Part shown: piece after piece, positions 54,389 to 64,000 of the stretch | How positions within the stretch are numbered: the first letter of the stretch is position 1 | Layout: every line of letters begins with the position of its first letter | NCBI GenBank assembly: GCA_964016885.1 | Contig: OZ024742.1 | Location: 158,100,001 to 158,164,000 of the forward strand | DNA length: 64,000 bases | Direction: 5' to 3' | Source: Eledone cirrhosa | Taxonomy: Eukaryota | Notes under the pieces: generated by a model | What the model was told of the DNA's origin: nothing | Databases searched by the model: none | What the model saw: only the letters and a program-made list of their open reading frames with translations | Program-made: the position numbers and the translations under genes

Positions 54389-54471
54389 GTTGTTATTCCT
54401 TGAATCTCAGTCATTGATGTTGGTTAACTGGAAAGTCCGTTGTAATGAATATCAAGCCACTACCTGCAGCC

Positions 54472-57400
54472 TCAGATATTCAGGACGTATCGGAGGGTTC
54501 TTGCTGTTCCAAGCAAGCATGCCTTTTGAAGCGTTCCAAAAAGCGTGAAAGGGCCGATTTTCATTAACCATCCCTGGAAACTTTTGGAGATAGTCCCCAG
54601 TGCGCCTATGACAATCGGGATCACTTTGACTTCATGGCAGTTCCAAATCCTTTTCACCTCCCACTTTAGGTCCTGGTATCGGTTAATTTTCTCCCTCTCC
54701 TTCTCTTGCACTCTCGTGTCGAAAGGGCAGGCCACATCCACAATCAGACACGATCTTTTTTCTTTGTCCACAACCACCAGGTCAGGTCTATTGTGTTCCA
54801 GTTTTTTGTCCGTCTGTATCCTAAAATCCCACAGCACCTTCACCTGATTGTTCTCCATCACCGCCTCTGGCCTATGCTCATACCATTTCTCAGAATGTGG
54901 TAAATTGTTTACTTTGCACAGGTGCCAGTGGATCACCCTGCCCATCACATCGTGTCTCCAGCCCTTATAGTGGGTCTGGGCTAGGTGTTTACACTCGGAC
55001 ACAATGTGAGCCACAGTCTCCTCTCTCTCTCCACAGATCCTGCACAGTAGGCTAGCCTCCTCCTTGTAAATATGGTGCTTCAACCACTTCGTTTTGAGGG
55101 CCTGCTCCTGCGCAGCCATTAGCATTCCTTCTATAGCCTTTTTGAGGTCTCCTCTTCTCAAACAGTTCCATGTCTGTGGATCTCTAAATTCAGTTTTCTC
55201 AAAGAAGGTACTATGAAGGGATTTTCCCTTAAGGCTGCTCTTCCTCCTTGATGTTATTTCCTCCTTGGACATCCCTTGGCCTACTGTCCCCTCCTTCAGT
55301 ACAGTTCTGAGCATTGGCTCCTTACTATAGGTCACGTATTTGTATAGGTTGTTTTTCTCCATCTGAACACAGTCCTCTATGCTGATAAGACCTCTTCCAC
55401 CCTCAGATCTCCTTAGGTAGAGTCTATCGACATCACTCCTCTTGTGGAACATGTTGTAGATAGTCAATAGCTTCCTAGTCTTCCTATCCATTTCTTTTTG
55501 TTCAGCAACATTCCATCTCAGAATTCCCGCACTGTACCTAATAATAGACACAGCTCGGGAATTTACTGCGCTTATGGCATTTCTGCTGTTCAGATGTGAC
55601 TTCAATACGCTCCTTACTCTCCGAATGTATTCAGTTCTTAACAATTCCTTCATTTTTTTGTTCTTTATGCCATCAGCCTCCAGAACGCCCAAATACTTGT
55701 ATCCTTCCTCAGAGTCAATTTCCTTTATCATCTCACCTGTTGGTATCTGGATCCCGTTACTTCTGCTCAACCTACCCCTCCTCATCACAATGACTCCACA
55801 TTTACTAATACCAAACTGCATACATATATCACTGCTGAAAATACGGACAGTGTCAACAAGCACATCCAACTCCTTCTTACCTTTCCCGAAGAGCTTAAGA
55901 TCGTCCATGAAGAGGAGGTGATTGATGGTAAGCTCTCCCTTTCCCAACTTGTATCCTGCTCTCACTTTTCGCAGCATAATGGTCAAGGGCATCAGGGCAA
56001 GGACAAACAACAGAGGGGACAGGCTATCTCCCTGGAAGATACCTCTATTGATCTTCACACTTCCCAAGGATACTCCAGTTGATGTCAACTCTGTCTCCCA
56101 GGACCCCATACTCCTGCCCAGCAACTGCCTGATGCTATCTGCCACCCTGAAGATCTCCAGGCTTTTGGTGATCCAAGAATGAGGCACTATGTCAAATGCT
56201 TTTCTGTAGTCTATCCATCCCATGGCAAGATCAGTGTGTCTCCTCCTGCAATTCCCCATTACCATCTTATCAATAAGTAACTGGTCCTTTGTACCACGTG
56301 ACTTCTTTCGGCATCCTTTCTGTTCGTCCGGTAACAAGTTGTTTGTGTGGAGGTGATGGTAGATTTCCTAAGACACAATGCTCGTCAACAGTTTCCACAT
56401 TACGGACAGACATGTGATAGGTCTATAGTTGGCAACATCATTACCCTTGATTCGGTCTTTCATTATCAGAACTGTGGTACCTTTTGTCAACCACTCTGGC
56501 ACCTCACCCGACACCAAGCAGTCATTGAACATGGCCGTCAGCTTCGAGTGGAGGGATGTTAAATTGTTAATCCAATACCCGTGCACACCATCTGGGCCTG
56601 GGGATTTCCAGTTGGTTAGTTTTTTGGCCTGCCCCTTAAGAGTTTCAACTGTGATACTCAAATCAGTTTGTTGGTGTGCCTGCTCACCGATCTCCCTCTG
56701 TACTGTTTCAATCCACCCTGCCTGGACATTATGTCTAACATCCTGCTCCCATATTCCTCTCCAGAATGTTTTAGTTTGCTCCGCCCCAGGGATCAAGTCG
56801 TTGCCTCTTTCTTTCCCCTCAAGCTGTCGAAACAGCATCTTCTGGTTGTTGTCGAACATGCGGTTCTGTTTATACTGACTGACTCTGTTCTCGTATCGCC
56901 TGATTTTTGCACTCTTTGCTACAATGCGTTGCCTCAGTTCCTCTATGATAATATTTAGCTTTTTTCTCCTAGTTTTGTACTTTATTTCCTGTCTATTTTT
57001 AGTGCCTATGTTTTTTAGTGTCCCATTCAGTAGTGACTCAAGCTTTCCTATGTCATTTCTCATTTCCCCGATTTGACCACTCAGTCGTTTCTTCCACCAC
57101 GGCTCTGCTCTTTCTTGTCTGTTGTTTCCTCTCGCTTTTATACCAAGTAGTTTCCTCACTGTATTTGCTGTTGCTTTGAGGATATTGTTGCACTGGTGAA
57201 GGCTCCTCGCCTCAAGGTATGGGATGACTTTGTTTACCTTAGCTGTTGTTTCTTTTAACTTTTTCCTGTCTACAAATCTTAGGTTCATAGGTCTCCCACT
57301 ATCATTGTTCAATTCATCTACCACTAAATTTAGGATGTCAACCGAATCTTGTCCTAGCCCGTCAGCATTCATCTCCTCAGTGGCCGTATCTCTGTTCCAG

Positions 57401-58070
57401 GTATTATTTATCTCAGTATTGGGTGGTGGATTGGCAGTATCGGTAGAGGGTCGGACACCATGCTTTGACGCATAGAGTTACGGCCCTTGCCATTCTGAGT
57501 TCAAATCCCGCCGAGGCTAACTTTGCCCTTTCATCCTTACGGGGTCGATAAAATAAAGTACCAGTAATGTACTGGGTAATTGCTGGCCTTGTGCCAAAAG
57601 TAGAAACAATTATTTATCTCAGTATTCAGATCATTGTCTGCTTCGGGTGGCTCCTCCGTTCTCAGGACCTCTTCACCTTCATTTCCCACTGGCTCGCTTG
57701 TCTGGCATACTACACCCGCCATCTCCAAGCCATTCTCTCTGCTCAGTTCCTCCAGTTCCAGCTCGCTTATCCACCCACTAGTTCTTATTACCCGAGCCTG
57801 CCCGGCCAATTTTTGTTCATCTAATTTAAATAGACCAATCTTGTTCCAGATGTTATGCATCCGTCTCCTGTAGCCCCTCTCCTTGGGGTTACTTTTCAGG
57901 TAACATTGCATAACAGTTCTATTCAATTCTTTCGTCCAGATGGTTCTGGCCCCTTTCCTTCTTCTTCTTCCTCCAACATCAGCAGTATTTGGTTGACAGT
58001 CAGGTTCCTGCTGCTGAGCCAGGGGGCACCTGTTGGGTGAGAGTCTGTCACATGATGTTCTAGTCTCCAT
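54472..58070 (-). pseudogene. R4/Dong ORF interrupted by a SINE and one TAG
   Basis: [49 protein letters not shown]; [33 protein letters not shown]. ORFs 57537-58070, 56368-57372 and 54472-56337 join in frame once the SINE is removed and the TAG read through. Confidence 0.93.
57421..57609 (+). mobile_element. SINE inserted antisense into the R4/Dong ORF
   Basis: 17-bp TSD TTATTTATCTCAGTATT (57404-57420 / 57610-57626). Confidence 0.95.
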
Positions 58071-59144
58071 TTCACCGTTATTCGAACTGTTTATGTTCGA
58101 TATTTAAACACTCTTCTCGAGGATTGGCGAATGTATGGTTACATAGCCATCTGTGGATTCGCCGTTCCACTTGGCCCTTGTGTGGCATTATCACCACGCT
58201 GTATACGAACACACATAAACAAACAAACACACAGGCAGAAAGGGCCCCAAAAATGAATCAGCATAAGTTTCATTGTAATGTAGTGTTCGAATGTCTGACT
58301 TAGTTTTTGTTTTTTTAGTTTTATTTTTTTCCCCCTCTTCTCTGTCCGTCCGCCTGCTTCTCTCTTCATTCTTATTTTCTTTACGTTTTTTGTTTTTTTT
58401 TTGTTGTTGTTTTTCTCTGTTTGTTTTTCTCGTTTTTTGCTGTTGTTGCTGTGCTGCTTTGGTTTTGTTGTTTGTTTTTTCTTTCTTTTTTCTCTTGAGT
58501 CTATCTATATATTTTGATGCCTTCCTCTTTTTTAGTAGTAGGAATTCTATAATGTGGTGGCAGCAGCCATCTGAAGGAGTGGAGAATGGCGGCGGTAGCG
58601 ATACTGAGACAGTGGTGGTGGTGATGTCGATACCGGGGCAGTGGTGGTGGTGATGTGGTCGTATTACCGTATTGATGGTGTTGTAGCGGTGGTAGCAGTG
58701 AAGGAGTGAAGGGGTGGTGGCAGCCGTGATGGGATAGTGGTGGTAATGATGGCAGTAGTGAGCGGTGGTGGTGAAATTGCCGTTATCTGGCTGTTGTGTT
58801 TAGTGTACACAGGTGATGAGGTGGGTGGTGTATCTAGTTTCTGGTGTTGGTGAGTTTGGCTGTTCTATATAGTGTAGACAGAGGAGAGGAGGGGGGGGGG
58901 GTTCTTCACCATTTATAGCCATTTTCTTTTTTGGATATACAGTGTACAATACAAAGTTGAATATTTGAATATTTGAGCCTTATAACAATATATTTTGGGT
59001 CCGAATTTGTTGGGGCTCAAGCCGGTTGCTTTACGCAGCATTTGTACTGAGAGTTGTTATTTCACAAATGATTTAAATATGTTAAAAATTCAAAACTTAC
59101 GGGAGCGATTTCATGACCTCCGCCACCTCGTGCGTCTTCTTCCC

Positions 59145-59190
<46 letters not shown>

Positions 59191-59558
59191 GGCGACCTAC
59201 GTAGTAAATCGTATCATCATGAGCTCTGCAAAGGTTTGTTATTTTCAGTTGTTTAAAATTGCCATTTATGGAAAATTTATATTGTTAACTGTTTATAAGT
59301 GCACATACATTGATTTCGGAAACGGACACTCAAAAATATTGGGGCCTTGAGCCCAAAATTTAAACTTTTTATAATTATCAAACAAAAGTTTTTCTTTGAA
59401 AAATCACGGCTGACTCAGAGTCACTCCTTCCTCACAATCTAACACCTCAAACCGACACCACCATTGTAAATATTGCTACGTTTGCCAACACTGGAAATGT
59501 AAGCAGTAGCAATATTTTAAATCCATCTCAGGCAGCCGTTCATTTCCCGCCATTACCA

Positions 59559-61343
59559 ATGACTGCAGGTGTTAAAGCCGCCACCACCACCACCACCGCG
59601 ACTACCCCCCCCCCCCCCCCCCCCCCCACCACCATCACCACCACCACCACCACCACGACAGCGACAACAGAGACAAAAGAAAAAGATAAATTAACTTGTG
59701 ATATCGAATTGAATTCAACCAAAATGAACTCTTCCACACCGAACACCACTGACGCCACCACCACCACAACTGAAACTATAATTAACAATAACAAAAATAA
59801 CGATAACAACAACAGCAACAATGAAATTAAGAAAACGACCCTGAGTTTTGCCAGAGTAGCAAAAACGTGCGAAGCGATCCTAGTAACTCAGGAGGTATTA
59901 GAAGAAGCCAAAGGAATGGTAAAGAAAGATGGGTACAGGGTCAGCCTCGCCCCCCCCCCCCCCCCACCTAATATATGGAGCAACGTCGCCTATGCACCGT
60001 GTCGTGTCTTATCGGACAATTAACATAAAATTGCGCCGAGTCCCAAATCCAAAAAGCTTTGGGACATGTGTGGGCAAAAAAAACCCACATCAGACGTGGG
60101 CAGAAGTATGGAACCGTGGACGTGTTCTTTGAAACACCACAGGAGGCCAGAGAACACTCCATGGCCCCATTAAGAAGTGACGCCTTCACACTCGTCCCAA
60201 GCTATTGTGGCCAGAGACTTGTGAAGATCAGGGTGAACCACGTTACTCCGGCCATCGACATTCCCTGGCTAATGGCTGCCGTCCTCGCCGGCATCGAGGC
60301 CAACACCAAGATAATTGAAATAGCGAAAGAAAAGCAGGAGAACTGGTCCGGATCTGGGATGGGGCTCCTGATCCAAGCGGACCATAAAAGCATTGAGGAC
60401 ATCCCAGAGGTAACAGACCTCAATGACAGCAGCCACCTCACCGTAATCGTTGAGGACAGAAGACCTAGGCTAAAAGGTTGAGGCCACCTCTCTTACCCAT
60501 CCCAGTGACTCAACCATCAACACCACCAGCAGCAGAAATGGCAGCAACAACTGTAGCAGCAACAACAGAAGCAACTGTAACAGCAACAAACCCAGCAACA
60601 GTAGCAAACCGTCACCACCACCACCACAACCCAACACGCCAGAACTAGCACCAGTGCCTACACCATCAACCACGCCACAACCAAAACCAACGCCTGTGGA
60701 GGATTTACCACTCCCCGGCTTAGCGCAGCTGGAGACAGATTGTGACGACGTGCAGTGGGAAACGGTATCAGGAAAAAATAAAAAAAGAAACCAAAAAAGA
60801 AAAAATTCTCTTCCTTCCCCCTCCAAAATCAAAATACAGAGGGAACCGAATAAATTATCAAAGAAAAAAGTTAGGACAGATATGCCAGCATCCACACCAG
60901 CATCACCAACCCCATCACCACAAACACCAACACCAACACCATCATTAACCCCAACACCACCATCACCAACACCACAAAAGTCACCAAAAAGCGTAACAGA
61001 AACAAACCCACAACAAACGCAAACAAAACAAAACAACCAAAACGATACACACTACACAGAATTAAATTTGAACAACAACCAAGTATTACACTACATGCAA
61101 CACAACACCAGCATCACAGAAAAAGACTACACAACAACCCAAAAGTTCACACCACCTCCACACATACAAATCAGTCGCATCACACAGAAAACGCACACGA
61201 CACTAAAACAAAAATTTCCCAAAGACATCGGAGACTTCCGACAAACACTCTCCAGGAGGATTTATAAGGACATCCTTCCGGAGGAGGCCACGAGCAGTGA
61301 AATGGATGGACAAATCATCCTTCCTCTACGAGAAGTAAGGTAA
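59559..61343 (+). pseudogene. LINE ORF1 (Thr/Pro-rich, frameshifted)
   Basis: Fragments 59559-60023, 60059-60481 and 60654-61343; SFARV motif, RRM-like core, decayed knuckle (RRPR..G*GH), W.TV..K.KKR motif; directly upstream of ORF2. Confidence 0.65.
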
Positions 61344-61377
61344 GTGGTCTTTCACATCTTTAACACTCCATTTCAAC

Positions 61378-64000
61378 ATGACCTCACCCAGAATAGGCAG
61401 CATAAATGCGCGTGGCTTGGGGTGGTCATGGAAGCAGGGCCACCTGCTCAACGACCTCAGGTCACTAAACATAGATGTAGTGGCCATCAGCGAGACCAGA
61501 ATCTCGGAAGCACGAGCCTTCGCACCGATCTTCGGCGGCTACGATGTGTACGCATCTCCCAGCCGTCCGGGATCGGGGGGAGGAGTTGCTGCGCTTTTTC
61601 GGGGGAGGTTTGGATCTCGCCATACGGGCCATCTTCCTGGACCCAGAAGGTAAGTTAGTGGTGATAGACGTGACCAGCGGAGACGGGCAAGCTTTCAGGC
61701 TAGTAGCCGTCTATGCCCCGACTGGAGCAGGGCGGCCTGATTTCTTCCGGCGTCTGGAGACCTTTCTTGGAACGTCCCGCTCTTTAGTGTTAGTGGGCGA
61801 CTGGAACGGGATATTAGATGCACGCTGGGACTGGGTGGGATTAGCGGATAGGGGAGGAGGGTGAAAGAGCCTCACCAACCTGCTCAGGCGTTTTGAACTG
61901 TCTGACAGGTACCGATTGGATTTCCCGAATGTGCCAATGTGGACTTGGACAAATCGCATAGGGTCATCCAGATCATATCTAGATAGAGTATTTTGTAGAG
62001 AAATAGATAGGTCTAGCATAGGCTGTCAACAATTCAAGATAGTCAGCTACACGGACCACAAATTCGTGATCTGTGTGCTTGACTTAGATAGGCTTCATAG
62101 ACGAGGACCCGGCTACTGGAAGCTACACGAGTCCTTACCACGCAAGGCCTACAGAGACCGGATTAGCGAACTAGTTAAGCGTGCGTTGCGGGGGCCATCG
62201 TCAACAACAAGTGGTGGTTTGCTCTGAGAAGAGCAATTAGAATAGAGTCCATTAGGTTTAGTAAGGCTTTAGCAATAGAGAAAAATAGAGCAGAGGGAGA
62301 ATTAGTTAGAAAATAAGACGAGGCGCTTAGCAAAGGCATCGCGACCGACGTACTTGCGGCGAAATTGGCCCTTGACCAATTCTTCAATGCAAAGCACGAA
62401 GGCTGCGTTGTCAGAGCTAGGGTGCGTGCTCTCAGACACGAGGGGACGAAAGCCGTTCAATGGGCCCGAGTGGCGGAGGCGCGTCGTGGCAACAAAGCCA
62501 CGATCCGGTCTTTGGTGGACCACGATGGGCGCATGCTACTCGTTCCCGGGCAAATGTGTGAAGCTTTTCAGCGACACTTCGCTCAGTTGTTCGGGGAGAG
62601 TGGCGGGCCGGATCGAGGGATGGACTTTAGTGTCTACCTCGACGGACTGCCGCGGCTCTCGGCCACTGAGGCGGAGTGTTGCGAAAAGCCGATAACAGCC
62701 GCTGAAGTACGGGAGGCAATGACTAGCCGCACAAGTGGTAAATGGCCTGGTTTGGATGGTCTGCCCTATCAACTTTACGTACAGATGCCAGACTTGTGCG
62801 GAGGCCTCTTGCCGGACGTCTACTGCAACTGGCAACAGAACGGGAGAATTCACAGCTCTGTGAGCCGAGGAGCTGTGTCGCTGCTGAGAAAGGATCCGAA
62901 CAAGGGGGATAACATAGATAATTTTAGGCCCATAACTTTGCTAGACACAGAGTTCAAGATTTTGGCCAAGGTGCTAGCAAAGAGGTTGGCGCTTGTCGTT
63001 GGTGGTCTGGTGGGAGAGGCGCAGACATGCGCCATTCCCGACAGATCCATCCACTACAACATCCACCTCATGCGATACATCGTAGAGCTGGTAGCTAGGG
63101 AACCTGGCACGGGTGGGTCCTTCATCAATTTAGATCAGTCGAAAGCTATCGATAGGGTCGACCACGTTACCTAGCGGCAGTCCTGAGGGCGGCTGGCTTT
63201 GGGCTCGTCTTCAGAGGCTGGATCGCTGCCATGCACAGCGACATCTGCTCTGTGGTGAGAGTGAAAGGTCACCTTTCGGAACCGTTCAACATCATGCGCT
63301 CGGTCCGCCAAGGATGTACCCTCTCGTCCCTCTTGTACGTAATGACTCTCGAGCCATTACTGCACAAACTGGAGACGTTGAGGGGGGATAAGCGCGAACT
63401 AGGATGCGGAAGATCCGTGTCAGCAGATGCGGACGATGTCACCGTAGTGGTGTCGAACGCCAAACACATCGAGGCGATCGGCACTACACTAAAAGAATAC
63501 GAAGCGGTGACAGGAGCAATGATCAACCAGGAAAAGTCAGTGGGCCTGCAGCTCGGCACCTGGAGACGCAGGTCCATGCCGTCCAACAGCGTCGTCGGGC
63601 GCTGGACGGACGGACCAGTTACATTGCCCGGAGTCTGGTTTGGTGCGGATCTCCAGACGGACAAAAACTGGGACGAGGTGACGAGCAGGGTGGCTTCTCT
63701 CACCCAGAAATGGGCGGTGAGGAAGCTATCCCTGAAAGGTCGAGCGGAGGTGGCTAACGCGTACATCGCGTCCGTCATCTACTACCGCCTGACCGTCGTA
63801 CCTTGTCCTAAGACCCGCCTTCTCCTAAGCCCCGCCTGCGGTGGAGCGTTTGCTCTTTCGCTTCTTGTGGAAGGGACGCGCTCCGATGGTCAGGCGATCT
63901 ATCTGGTGTCAACACCCGCTACGTGGAGGGCTGGGCATGCCGTGGCTGATGATGCGTAGACACGCGCTCAGGCTACATCTCCACCTTTTCCTCGACGGTG
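61378..64000 (+). pseudogene. LINE ORF2: APE endonuclease + RT, several frameshifts and stops
   Basis: IGSINARGL, VAISET, VYAP, VGDWN, YLDRVF, TDH; GKWPGLDGLP, NFRPITLL, LDQSKAIDRVDH, VRQGCTLS.LLY, ADDV, LSLKGR. Confidence 0.93.

Larger units (their letters stand above)
54390..58200 (-). mobile_element. R4/Dong-type non-LTR retrotransposon (RT + RLE, no APE), near full length
   Basis: Single long ORF; short 3' UTR ending in (TAA)n at 54340-54395; 5' boundary approximate. Confidence 0.88.
59400..64000 (+). mobile_element. Tx1/L1-clade LINE, runs off window end
   Basis: Two-ORF layout with APE-RT ORF2; 5' boundary approximate. Confidence 0.88.

Noticed and set aside
58075-58200. HDV-like ribozyme at the 5' end of the R4/Dong element
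   Set aside because: A hairpin (GGCGAAU/AUUCGCC) and UCCUCG exist but the nested double pseudoknot could not be assembled by eye.

Overview
AT-rich, microsatellite-dense animal DNA, most likely cephalopod/octopus (inferred from the SINE family and (TA)n/(TG)n density). I could not support any host protein-coding exon; nearly all listed ORFs are microsatellite artefacts or transposon pieces. The window is a mosaic of mobile elements: about 10 copies of a tRNA-headed SINE, several with TSDs; four Penelope-like element (PLE) remnants with GIY-YIG endonuclease (two also retain RT) in (TA)n tracts, three with clear inverted terminal repeats; a Helitron with both termini (27492-31832); a nearly intact R4/Dong-type RT+RLE LINE broken by one SINE and one stop; a Tx1/L1-type LINE running off the right edge; and RTE and CRE fragments. 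The main unannotated signal is about 18 type-I hammerhead ribozyme motifs from about 10 unrelated sequence families, mostly in short islands between (TA)n tracts. They show palindromic stem III, stem-II insertions of up to ~96 nt, two independent U3-A8 compensatory cores and recurrent U4C cores. A 1.8-kb fold-back array (17680-19456) has four hammerheads spaced 544/551 nt apart and is a candidate circRNA-producing retrozyme. All folds were read by eye and are untested.
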